DNA from: Flectonema sp. DT1601
Lineage: Eukaryota
Direction: 5' to 3'
Length of the DNA stretch: 64,000 bases
Assembly (NCBI GenBank): GCA_964019425.1
Contig: OZ025781.1
Location: 496,001-560,000 of the forward strand
Position numbers and translations under genes: made by a program. Each line of letters begins with the position of its first letter. Within the stretch, counting starts at the first letter, position 1. Under the pieces are notes generated by a model. It made no database searches, was not told the DNA's origin, and saw nothing but the letters and a program-made list of their open reading frames with translations. Below, piece by piece: positions 1-13,016 of this stretch.

Positions 1-1946
1 CATTCTGAGTAGTCTGCAAACGGTGTGCCTTTAAAAAAAAGAACACATTCTTAAGGAAAATGTCTGTTAGTTATGTCGGATGCGGCATCCGATTTTTGAA
101 AACAGTTTGAACTCCCTTTCATCGAAATTTATTAATTTCTTTACGGAATAGCCCCGCGGGCAACCAGGGATACCAAACTTATTGTACGAACTGAAGACAG
201 CGACTGCTAACTGTCACTTGGTCAGGCATCAGCTGCGGCAACTTGTCATTCAGCAATTTGGCACCCCGAAAGTCTTATTTTCTGTCTTCTGACTTGTCGA
301 GGAAGTTGAGGGGAAAGCTGTAAATTCCCGAGTGAGGAATGAGGAATCCATGCCGAAGGCACAATTGAAAAATTGTCGCTGAAGGAAGCCGTTGTTGTTG
401 TTGTTGTTGTTGATGTCTGTAGCATCAGGAATACTTTGAAGGTTTTCGGTTCCCCCTTCTTCTTATATTGTATGTCTCGCTTGTTATTGTTCTTGTTGTA
501 CTCTTACTGCAGCCCCTCCCTCAAGGCTGCTCAATTGGACACAAGAATGAGAGGTTCATTAATACATATTGTGAGGTAAAAACAACAACAACAACAACAA
601 CAAACACACACTACGATTGTATCATAAACGCAGGCATCACATCGCATAGCATAGTTGACATGTAGTGATGTTAAAAATAAAAAATCCCATTCACCATTTT
701 TTTTTCATACATTTTTTTTCTCTCCCCTTTTCTTCCTAAGTCCTTATAAATCTGGCTGCTTGGAAGAGAGTGGGTTTTCCTTCGAAATATGTCACGACTC
801 AGCCATTGTTGGAGAGAACATGAATTGAAAAACTGCTAAAATAATTTTGCTAACATTTGGCTGCAATGTTCTTGGTCAAAACTTTCACTTTTTTTTGATC
901 GGTGGAACATGAAATTCTTTTCTTCCTTCAAATAAGGCGAATGTTGACTCTTGCAAGGAAGGAAGACTGCAGTTGAGACAAGAAAAAAAACGAAAAAAAA
1001 TAACAACACACACAACGACTGTGAGGACTACACATTCCTATCAGTTTCCTTGACCCCGACGCAATAAACCCTCGTCGTTTTGGTCCGTTTATGTACTTCT
1101 GAATATTTATTTATCTATTTTGTTTCCCCCCCCCCTTTTTTTTTTTTCTCTTTTCTTTTTCGAATTAGTTTCTTCTGCAGTGACAGATTTGCACATTTTG
1201 GGTCTTCTTTTAATGTGTGTTTGATCGGCACAGGGAAGGGTCCATAGATTGCATTATTTCAGATGGTAACTTTGTTGCCATCTGAAAAAAAAAAAAAAAA
1301 AAAGAAATACAGGAAACTATTTGATATGTAACTATTTTATTAGATTCTTCAGCCACTGTGCTGAGGATGATTTTTTTTTTTTTTTAAAAAACACTGGATG
1401 AGGGGAAGAAAAAAAAAAAAAAAAAAAGTACCCATTTTGGTAGGAATACTTCCTTCCTCGATGGGAACCAACGTCTATTTAGCAAGAAATGGAAGCAACT
1501 GTGAGAGCCATCATAAACATAACTTGCATGTTGGTAACTGTTACGTACTAAATACAAAAAAAAAAAAAAAAAAAAAAAAAAAGAGTGGGATGGAAAATAA
1601 AAAGTTAACCATCGACATGCTCACATTGAGGACAGTATTGAGTGAAGTTGAAAACTATTGCTTTATAAAGAATGAAAAAAAAGAAGGGGAAAAAAAAAAA
1701 ATAAGTTTACGTCTCTGTTTCGGTCACACCCGCTCCTGGCAATTGCGATCTCCCGACGCTCTCCTGCCTTTCCTAAATATGTAAGGAAAGACATAATGAT
1801 TGCTTTCTAGTCAGGTATTGTGTTGAGTTAATTGTTGTGTTGTATTCTCTTTACCAGGTTTGTTCTAAACTGCAAGCCGAATAACAGGTTGAAACAGATA
1901 GAAGTGATTAATAATCATCCCACTTCTACTAACAGGTGGCAACAAA

Positions 1947-4466
1947 ATGAGTTCACAGGATGGTGAGCCGTGCAGTCGCTTATGGCGTTCGGAAGACATG
2001 TCGTTAGTGTCGATCACGTTTCAAAGAGAAGGATTAAAGAAAGATTTACTGGAGCTTGGTAGAATGGGATGCCTTGAACTCTGTGACATGAACGCCAACA
2101 AAAATAGTTTCGCGAGAGAATTTTCAAAAGATGTTCGAAGTTCTGAAACAGTTCAACGAACGTTGAGATCATTCAAATTACTACTAACGAAGTGGCACAC
2201 AGTTCTTCCTAAGGTAACTAGCAGTCCAGATGCTTATAAAGAAGGAACACTCGAAGAGACAGAAGAAGAAGTTAAAAATGTCGCAAGAGAACTTGACAAG
2301 CTGAGTGAGAACTTAGAAAGCCTCGAATCTCAATGGCTTCGCTCCTACTCAGTGTGGCAAACAATGGAATCTGACGCACTGCGAGGCGCTAGTCGTTCAA
2401 CTGGTGTTGAGGGAGGTCTCGGTGTCATTGCCGGTACGATCTGTTCTTCAAAAGTATTACAATTTCGTCGTTTAGCTCACCGCGCAACCAGGGGATACGC
2501 AACTCTCAGTTTGAGTGAATGGCAATACCCCGGAGGAGAGTTTTACCCAGTCGCTTCTGCCTTTAAAAAAGATGACCTCTCCCGCCATGTCTTTGTTTCG
2601 GTTTTTGGAGCCGGAAATGCCGGCATTCGGTTGAGAAAATTAGCGGAATCCATGGACGTATGAAATTCCCTTTGTTTTTTGTTGTCTTTATTTTACGAAC
2701 AATAACACAAAAAAAACAAAAAACAGGCCACTGTAGTCTTAGAGAAGTCGATATCATCGGAAGACTTACAAAAACGATCGAGTGAGGAGAGTGTTATTGT
2801 TCAAGACTTGACAAAATTGATCATCGAAGCGAAGAATACCTTCCGAAGACTTCTCCATCATTCAGTCGTACCGAAATATAACCATTGGAGAGAGACTGCT
2901 GTTGTTCACAAAGCTGTAGCACATTCAATGAATAAAATTCAGGTTCAACCTTACACAGCACTTGGTGTTGCGTGGATTCCCTCAAACAAGCTTCAGTTAA
3001 TTAGAGACAAGTTAGGAGCTGGCAGATCATCTGCTGAAAGTATTATAATCGAATTACCAATACCATCACATGTCCTACCTCCGACTTACTTTGAAACGAA
3101 TGACTTCACTGGAACATTTCAGGGTATTGTTGATTCTTATGGTGTTCCTAGATATAAGGAGATTAACCCAGCTGTGTTTACGATTGTTACTTTTCCATGG
3201 ATGTTTGGAATGATGTATGGTGATGTTGGTCACGGTTTAATAATTACGTTCGTAGCGGGTATGATGATATTATTTCAAAAAAGACTCTCTGAAATTAGAT
3301 TAAACGAAATGATTGCGATGGTTTTCGGAGCCAGGTATCTTCTATTTTTAATGGGACTCTTCGGAATATACTTTGGATTCTTATATAATGATACTTTCGG
3401 ACTGATGCTTAATACTTCAGACCGAACAAACATGAGCTCTTCATTCCCTCAAGGCTCTGGCTATGGAGTTTCCCACGAGTATGAACCTCCTTTATTCGGA
3501 ATGGATTCACAGTGGGCAGGTGATGCAAGAAAGATTGAAGTGTACAACTCATTTAAAATGAAGAACGCGGTCATTGTTGGAGTTCTTCAAATGATGTTAG
3601 GATTGATTCTTCAGCTTCAAAACTCCAGATATTTTAAAGATTGGAAACATATTTATTTTGGTTTCATTCCTGAAATGTTATTCTTAACTTTAACCTTTGG
3701 ATACATGTGTTACCTTATCATAATGAAATGGAATAATCTTTGGCATCCAGAACCGAATGAAGTGACTCACACTGTTGAGTTGTCAATCTTGAAGAGGATG
3801 GTTGACTTCTTCTTACAACCTGGATCAGGAGGCTGGTACGAGGGATTATTTTTATTTGTAGCGGCAATCTGTGTGTTTCCATTTATGCTCATACCAATCC
3901 CCTACATCGAATGGAAATCTCACAACAAAGGAAGATCTCGCTACCAACACGATGATGATGATGAGGATGACGGTAATCCTTTAGTTCCTGTTGAGATGAG
4001 TCCTGCTCATGTTGATGAGGGTAGTGAAGTTACTTTGCAATTATTTCCTATTCCTCCTCCTCATTTTGATATGCAGGAAATTGTTATAAAACAAGTCATC
4101 CACAGTATTGAATACGTTCTTGGATCAGTATCGAATACCGCATCTTACCTTCGTCTCTGGGCGTTGTCTTTGGCTCACGCTCAGTTGAGTGAAGTCTTTT
4201 TAGAACAAGTTATTATGAAAGGTCTTGAATCTTGTGAAGGTGGTATGTCAGGTTGGATTATTGCGTATGCATCTTTTGCAGTCTGGTTAACGGTAACCCT
4301 CGGTGTCCTTATCGGTATGGAAGCCTTGTCTGCATTCTTGCACGCTCTTCGTCTTCACTGGGTTGAATTTCAAAATAAATTTTACTTCGCTGACGGAGTT
4401 GCCTTTACTCCAATCGATTTCGGTCGATTGGTCAGCGAGGAAGTAGAGAATGAAGTAGAAGAATAG
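1947..4466 (+). CDS. ATP6V0A: V-type H+-ATPase V0 subunit a (2 exons: 1947-2657, 2727-4466)
   Basis: Family motifs LWRSEDM, PPTYF..N.FT..FQGIVDSYG, GMMYGDVGHG, SNTASYLRLWALSLAHAQLS and LHALRLHWVEFQNKFY. The intron 2658-2726 (GTATG...CAG, phase 0) joins the two ORF-track segments in frame. Confidence 0.96.
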
Positions 4467-4803
4467 TATTTTCGTTTTCCCCCCCCGCCCTTCCCTCTCC
4501 ATTCACCGTATTTGGAGTGTCCTGTCTGTACGGTGGCATTCATCATGTTCAAGGATATGGATTTCTTAGTAGACACACAGATTCCGTCTGCTCGACTACC
4601 CACTTGCAATAGTTAATTTGTTGCGGTTTTTTAATCAAATGTTGGGTAGTTGATATTTCTTGAGATATGGACTTTGATGTGAGATTTTAAACTTTTTCTT
4701 TTTCTTTTTTTTTTTTTGGTTCCCTTTCCTTCCTCTTTTTTCTCCCCCTTTTTTTAAATAAAAAATCGTTATCGCCGTCCAAATCCGTTTTTTTACTGGT
4801 ATC

Positions 4804-4843
<40 letters not shown>

Positions 4844-6882
4844 CATTTCTAAGGTAAACTTTGATACAATACATATATTTATGTCATTATAAATATGCTC
4901 TTACAATTTTTTTCAAGTCAAGCACTTGAAATTAATCCCCGTGTCAATACTTAAAAATTGTTACTGTTTTTTTTTTTTATATTGTCAAAGTTTCGCCCCC
5001 ATTTGTGTAGGGTCTCAATGATAAGCCGAAAATCAAAATTTACCTTATTTATTTATTTGTTTATTTTATTTACTTTTTTTTTTTTTTTGTGTTTCCACTT
5101 GATTTTCCCTCCCTTTTTTGAGAACCAGCTCTGTGTTGATGTCAGATTGCGAAAACTATATAAAAAAAAAAAAAAAAAAAAACAAGAGAGAAAAAAAAAA
5201 AAAAAAAAAAAAAAAAAACCCCTTTCAAATCCCCCCGTTTTTTAACAGATTGTTAAATTATCGTTTTTATGTTATGATACAATAGTTGTATTTTATTAAA
5301 GTCAAGCACTTGTCATCACTCTTGGTTTTCTTTTATTTCTTTTTTAAATACCCTTTGCTGTGATTCTTAAAAAAAAAAAAAAAAAAATTTAGATGTTCTT
5401 ATCCCAAGGGAAGATACTTTTAGTTGGGGCTCTATTTTTGATAACTGAGATTTCAAATTTTTTTTTGATGTGAGCTGCCTCGCATTTTGTGCAGCGAGGG
5501 AACGGTTTTCAAGTGTTGCTGTTCCCCAGGTTATTCAGAATGAGGTGCTCCTTTCATTCTTTGATTTAAAAAGATATTTTTTGTTGCTTATCTGAAAAAA
5601 AACAACAACAAAAAGACAAAACAAACCCAATTGATTGCCGTTGGTTTCAGCCTCTCTTAGTTTTGAAGAATTCTTTTATTTTTGCTCAAATCCATCTGAA
5701 TTGAGCAGTATAATAAATTTATATATTTCACTTCACAAAAAAAATTGGATGTGTTACGAATGACTTCAGAGCCTCAAAGTCATGGCATTTTTATTCATCA
5801 TTTCTCTTTGTCTTGTTATCTTGTAATGCTTCGCTCTTTCTATTGGCATTGTAACTGGCTTCCATTTCTTTTTTTTTTTCTCCCTTAGCGGTTTCTTTCT
5901 ATCACCGGAAACCTAATATTTGTACGTTGTGATGACTGAAGTCTAATATACGTGGTAGTTAAGGAAGGCAAATCTTCAGTTTATAAGGAGGGTAATGTCC
6001 GATTTTTTTTTCCTTTTTTTTTTTCCCCTCCAGAGGATCATTTTCTGGTTGTGTGTTTGGGGTGTCAAAAAAAAAAAAAAATAAGATTCTAGTGATGAGC
6101 TGCGATAACAGCAAAGTGTGCTTTCTTTTACCTCAAACCATATAAATTGGGATCGGGCACCGTTGTGGGTCTCTCCCCCATATTTAAAAAAAAAAAAAAA
6201 AATTTAAAAAAGGGGAAAGAAGCAAAGCCTCAGTATATTTTCAATTACGTCATGATTTCTGTTTTTTGAGACCTCCTTTTTCTTTTTATTGTATATTACT
6301 TCTTATGCATGTTACAATGTTACTGTTTTTTTTCTTCTTTTTTTTCCCCCTTTTTTCTTCTTCTTTTTCTAAATGTTTAAGGAAAAAAAAAAAAAAAAAG
6401 CTTATCATGTTTGAATTGACTGGTAGGAAATAAGTACGAAAACACACACAGCTGTGGTATTTTTATTAAGAAAACATGACTTCAATGTATTTAGTGATGT
6501 AAAAAGGGAAAAAAAAAATAAAAAAAAAATAAATAAACACACAAAATTGGGGGGGGATGATCGGAAACGAAAAAAAAAAAAAAAAAAAAAAGAATAAAAA
6601 AAAAAAGAGAGAGAGAAGAGGAGTACCAAAATAAAAATAAATTAAAACACAAAAAAAGGAAAGGGAAGTCTAAACTTCTGTTATTAACCAAATTAACATT
6701 TCAGGTATCATTTTTTATATTTCCCATTCCTTTTTAACAACTACTTAGTTACAGGAGCCTAACTTCACATTGCAGAGTGTCATTTATGAATTTTTTTTAA
6801 AAAAAACCTTTTCTTTTCATCAAATAACTCGTTAATTTAACAGCAAAAGAAAAAACCCCCCCAAAGAAAAAAAAAGAAAACG

Positions 6883-9800
6883 ATGAGCTGGTTACGACCT
6901 TCTGTCCTAATTGGGACGGTGTTATTAGCAGACGTCGCTAGTGCTCAGTGTGACTCAAGTAAGACTGTTTGTGTTGGCACTGGTCCAGTCTGCAATGACA
7001 TGTGTGATGGGAATTTAGCTTGTAAGCTGATGGCTAAAACTTACGGATGTGCGCAGATCGTTACCTACAGCAACTGTAACATGGGAAGATGTGACTGTAC
7101 TTGTCCTCCTGGTGCTCCAGTCCCGGCACCGACTGCCGCAAAGACCGGTTCCTGCACCGGGCAAACATCAGCCTGCTACTCCGATCTTGCACAGTGGCAA
7201 ATCGACAGCGTTGTGGCCAAACACAACGAGTTTCGTGCCGAACACGGAGCCTGTCCTCTCATTTATGATACCGACATCGCTACTTATTCTGTTGGAAGTT
7301 CTGGTTTTCAAAGAACCTGTTCCCAAATGTCACTCAGTCACAACAACCCTCCACAGTACTCAAAGGGAAGACTTGGTGAGAATTTAGCATCAGTTGGAGG
7401 TAGTACCGATTTACATAATTGGGACCCAGCTAACGGTGTCATCAATTGGTATTGTGGTGAAGAAGGATGTTGGAATTACAACACAGCTACTGAGAGTGGT
7501 GTAACTGGTCACATGACTCAAGTTGTTTGGAAAGACACTACCAAGGTGGGATGTGGTTTGTGTCACAAACAAGGAGGTGGTTTCCTCAACGTCTATCTGA
7601 TTTGTAACTACGAGACTGCCGGTAACTTCGGTAGCATGGGTACGGGTGGCGGCTACGACACAAATGTCGGGAGGTACGGTGAGACTCCAAGCGGATGTAC
7701 AACCACACCAAGTGGTACCAATGAGTGCGACAGTAACCCCTGTGGAGCTATGCAGACTTGTAATGACCCAGACACCAGTAATACTAATGACTACACTTGT
7801 ACTTGTGATCAATATTCTTCAATTGTTGCAACTGGTGGACAGGCTACTTGTGAAACCAAAGAATGCGATGCCACTCCATGTGGTGCTGACCAGACTTGTA
7901 ACGATCCGAATGAGGCCGCAAACTCCCTTCACGATTTCGTATGCACTTGCACTGCTGACACTTCCATCACAAAGGTTGATGGTCCAGCAACCTGCTCCAA
8001 GAATGAGTGCGATGCTAACCCTTGTGATGCCGCACAGATGCAGACATGTAACGATCCAAACCCAACACAGGGAAGTGTCAGGGATTACACCTGCACCTGT
8101 CCTAACAACGTGATGGCAACTGGTGGACCAGTTACCAAGTGTATCGAAAATGAATGTGATGCCAACCCTTGTGGAACTGCTAACGACCAGGATTGTGTTG
8201 ATCCAGACACTGCCTCGAACGTTCTCCACGACTTCACTTGCACCTGTAAATCCGACACCTCAATTATGAAGGTTGATGGTGCGGCTACTTGCTCGAAGGA
8301 TGAATGCGCTGCCAACCCGTGTGATGCCGCACAGATGCAGACATGTAACGATCCAAACCCTACATTAGCTTCTATTGGTGACTACACTTGCACCTGTCCA
8401 AACAACGCTGTAGCCACTGGTAGTGCCGTCACTAAGTGTATCGAAAATGAATGTGATGCCAACCCTTGTGGAACTGCTAACGACCAGGATTGCGTTGATC
8501 CAAACACTGCCTCGAACGTTCTCCACGACTTCACTTGCACCTGCAAATCCGACACTTCAATTATGAAGGTTGATGGTGCGGCTACTTGCTCGAAGGACGA
8601 ATGTGCTGCCAACCCGTGTGACGCCGCACAGATGCAGACATGTAACGATCCAAACCCTACATTAGCTTCTATTGGTGACTACACTTGCACTTGCCCAAAC
8701 AACGCTGTAGCCACTGGTAGTGCCGTCACTAAGTGTATCGAAAATGAATGTGATGCCAACCCTTGTGGAACTGCTAACGACCAGGATTGCGTTGATCCAA
8801 ACACTGCCTCGAACGTTCTCCACGACTTCACTTGCACCTGCAAATCCGACACTTCAATTATGAAGGTTGATGGTGCGGCTACTTGCTCGAAGGACGAATG
8901 TGCTGCCAACCCGTGTGATGCCGCGCAGATGCAGACATGTAACGATCCAAACCCTACAGTAGCTTCTATTGGTGACTACACTTGCACCTGTCCAAACAAC
9001 GTTGTAGCCACTGGTAGTGCCGTCACTAAGTGTATCGAAAATGAATGTGATGCCAACCCTTGTGGAACTGCTAACGACCAGGATTGCGTTGATCCAAACA
9101 CTGCCTCGAACGTTCTCCACGACTTCACTTGCACTTGCAAGGCTGACGCCTCACTGATGAAGGTTGATGGTGCGGCTACTTGCTCGAAGGACGAATGTGT
9201 CGCTATGCCCTGTGGAGCACAGACCTGCACTGATCCTAACCCTTCCCTGTCTTCGTTGAACGACTTCAAGTGCGAGTGCATGAACATGGTGAGCGCTATT
9301 GGTGGTCCAGCTAACTGTGAGACTGATGAGTGCGTAGCATTTGACTGTGGAACAGGTCAGACCTGTAATGACGTAAACAAAGCTGCCAACTCCCTTCATG
9401 ACTTCGAATGTATTTGTAGTAACGATATGAACTTAAAGAAGGTTGACGGACCAGTTGCTAGCTGTGTTAACGATGAGTGTTCAACATCACCTTGTGGTAG
9501 TCAAACATGTGCTGACCCAAATACTTCTGCTGCTTCAACTGGTGACTTCACTTGTACCTGTCCTGCTCCAAATCAGAATGTTGTTGAGACTGGAAGGCCA
9601 GCCACCTGTTCGATGGGAATGATGGATGAGTGTACTACTACTCCTTGTGGTACTGGTCAGACTTGTAATGATCCAGACACTACTGCCATGGGTAGTGGTG
9701 ACTTTATTTGTACCTGTACAACAGGGACGGGAAGTGCCACTGGTATGATGGCTACTTGCAAGTTGAATGAATGTGACGCCTCCCCTTGTGGAAATGGTCA

Positions 9801-12800
9801 AGACTGTACCGATGCCAATGACGATGTCGCGTCGAGTGGTGACTACACTTGCACGTGCAGAGCTCCAAAGACTGGAGACATGGTAGGATCAGCGGCTACT
9901 TGTGCTCAAGATGAGTGTCTCAGTACTCCTTGTGGAACAGGTCAGATGTGTAATGACCCAGTTAAGACTCCAGCTTCTTTATTAGACTTTGTTTGCTCAT
10001 GTACCAATGGTGCTCAGGCTACTGGTGCTCAAGCTACTTGTGAAATCGATGAGTGCGTTGAATTGATGAACCCTTGTGGTACCGGCATGGACCAGACTTG
10101 TGCCGATCCAGATACTAGGTCCACTAGCCAGCATGATTTCGTATGCACTTGCACTGCTGACACTTCCATCACAAAGGTTGATGGTCCAGCAACCTGCTCC
10201 AAGAATGAGTGCGATGCTAACCCTTGTGATGCCGCTCAGATGCAGACATGTAACGATCCAAACCCAACTCGTGCCTCTGTTAAGGATTTCACCTGCACCT
10301 GTCCTAACAACGTGATGGCAACTGGTGGACCAGTTGCCAAGTGTATTGTCAATGAATGTGATGCCAACCCTTGTGGAACTGGTAACGACCAGGATTGTGT
10401 TGATCCAAACACCAATGCCAACGTCCTTCACGATTTCACTTGCACTTGCAAGGCTGACACTTCAATTATGAAGGTTGATGGTGCGGCTACTTGCTCGAAG
10501 AATGAGTGCGATGCTAACCCTTGTGACGCTACCCAGAGCCAAGTTTGCAACGATCCAAACCCAACTCGTGCCTCTGTTAAGGATTTCACCTGCACCTGTC
10601 CTAACAACGTGATGGCAACTGGTGGACCAGTTGCCAAGTGTATTGTCAATGAATGTGATGCCAACCCTTGTGGAACTGGTAACGACCAGGATTGTGTTGA
10701 TCCAAACACCAATGCCAACGTCCTTCACGACTTCACTTGCACTTGCAAGGCTGACGCTTCAATTATGAAGGTTGATGGTGCGGCTACTTGCTCGAAGAAT
10801 GAGTGCGATGCTAACCCTTGTGACGCTACCCAGAGCCAAGTTTGCAACGATCCAAACCCAACTCGTGCCTCTGTTAAGGATTTCACCTGCACCTGTCCTA
10901 ACAGCGTGATGGCAACTGGTGGACCAGTTGCCAAGTGTATTGTCAATGAATGTGATGCCAACCCTTGTGGAACTGGTAACGACCAGGATTGTGTTGATCC
11001 AAACACCAATGCCAACGTCCTTCACGATTTCACTTGCACCTGCAAGGCTGATGCCACAAAGATGAAGGTTGATGGACCGGTGACCTGTTCGAAGAACGAG
11101 TGTGATGCCAGCCCATGTGATGCCTCACAGAATCAGGTTTGTGATGATCCAGTACAAACTATTGCTTCAGTTGGTGACTACACCTGCACCTGTCCAAATG
11201 GAGTGAAGTCTACTGGAGCAGCAGTCACTGCTTGTATCGATGATGAGTGTTTGGCTATGCCTTGTGGTGATGATCAGGACTGTGTGGACCCAAACACTAA
11301 TGCTGATGTCCACCATGACTTTATTTGTTCATGTAAGGCTGATGCAACAAAGATGAAGGTTGATGGACCGGTGACCTGTTCGAAGAACGAGTGTGATGCC
11401 AAGCCATGTGGTGATCAAGGTTGTGTTGACCCTGATCAATCTCTTGCGGTACTTCATGATTATATCTGTTCTTGTCCAAACAATGGACCAACTGCTACTG
11501 GTGCTAAAGCTAATTGTGGAGTTGATGAATGTCTTTCTAATCCATGTAGTGAAGGTCAGGTCTGTAATGACTTTGATAGAAACAGTCTCAACAACTTCGA
11601 CTGTGCTTGTCCATTCGGATTGACTCACAACGTGGGAGGACCAGTTGCTGAATGTGATGAATGCAAACAGGGTAGCTCCAGGAATCCATGTGCATGGGGT
11701 GGTCACCCGAATGTTATTGAAACCTGTACAGATATGAACCCGCAGGCTAACAGTCTTGATGACTTCAAGTGCACCTGTGCAAACGGAGTATTCAAAATCG
11801 GTGGAGCAGCTGATTGCGATAAGACTGGTGAGTGTGTTTCAGACCCATGTGGAGCTCATCAGATTTGCAGCGACCCAGACGTCAATGTTGATAACGACTT
11901 TGTTTGTACTTGTGAAGCTGATCACGTTGAGAATGTCGGAGCTCCAGTGATGAGTTGTCAGTTTGATGAATGCAATCCACCAATGGGAGTACCTCCATGT
12001 CCTATTGATACTCAGACTTGTACTGATCCAGACTCTGCACCAGGTTCATTGTATGACTTCATCTGTAAGTGTAAAAACATGAACGGTATGAACATGTACG
12101 GAGAGAAAACGGGAGCTCAGGCTGATTGTTCCACAACGGTATGTAGTAGTCTGCGTCTTGTTGTTGTCGTTGTCGTTGTATTTCGATTTTTTTTTTTTTT
12201 TTTTTTGCATTTAACAAATATTATAAGAGCCAGGAATAATGTTAGCAGCGCTCGTTCACTTTAAATCAGGCGGTTGGTGCACAAAACAAACTATTCGGTT
12301 ATTACATTGTGATTGTGATTTTTGAAGGGGAAAAAAAAAAAAAAAAAAAAAACAGCCGGCTGTTGCAGCAACTCCAGTCCCAAACACTGAGGCACCAGCA
12401 GGTAGTACTGGAACTCCAGTACCAAATACTGGTGCACCAGCTTTACCTACTATGATGCCAGCAGCCGTAGCATCGACACCAGTCCCAAACACTGATGCTC
12501 CGCAAGGAAGTACTGGAACTCCAGTACCAAATACTAATTCACCAACTACTCCTACTATGATGCCAGCAGTCGTAGCATCGACACCAGTTCCAAACACTGA
12601 TGCCCCACACGGAACCAAGAATACTCCTGTACCTGATACTAGAGCACCATCATCGGGTAGCACTTCTAGTCCAAACACATCAGCTCCAGCAGGAGTATGT
12701 ATAGTTATCCTTTTGTTGATTAGGGTGAAGTAGACAATTATAAAAAAAAACAAAACAAAACAAAACAAAACAGGGCAACCAGCAGTCGACAGGCGAAGAA

Positions 12801-13016
12801 GACAAAGACAAAGACAGCGATAGCAAATGGTGGATTTATGTTCTTATTGCTGTTGGAGGATTGCTTGCAATCTGTGGTGCCTTAGGAGCCTACCTCGTTA
12901 AGAAGAGACAAGCCGACAATGTTTCGTTTCAAGACTTCGTTTCAGCTGTTGAACCGAGCGGAGCAAATGATGTCCCTATGGTTGGTTCAGGTAATGCTGA
13001 AGGAATGAGAATCTAA
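6883..13016 (+). CDS. Large type I membrane protein: signal peptide, CAP/SCP domain, ~30 EGF-like Cys-rich repeats, Pro/Thr stalk, TM helix, short tail (exons 6883-12138, 12356-12694, 12774-13016; ~1945 aa)
   Basis: CAP motifs HNEFRAEHG, GENLA, GHMTQVVWKDTTKVGCG and ICNY..AGN. Repeats follow NEC..NPC...Q.C.DP......D[YF]TCTC. Two phase-0 GTATG..CAG introns give an open frame ending in WWIYVLIAVGGLLAICGALGAYLV-KKR and TAA at 13014-13016. Confidence 0.85.
7900..9200 (+). repeat. Near-identical 297-bp (99-aa, two EGF-like modules) coding tandem repeat, block 1
   Basis: Antisense ORFs recur at a 297-bp period (8085, 8382, 8679, 8976). Boundaries are approximate. Confidence 0.85.
10130..11110 (+). 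repeat. Near-identical 297-bp coding tandem repeat, block 2
   Basis: 297-bp period (10428/10725, 10462/10759). Boundaries are approximate. Confidence 0.85.

Noticed and set aside
391..602. Inverted (GTT)n/(CAA)n tracts as terminal inverted repeats
   Set aside because: Simple microsatellites that are common in this genome's non-coding DNA, with no TSD or internal coding evidence.
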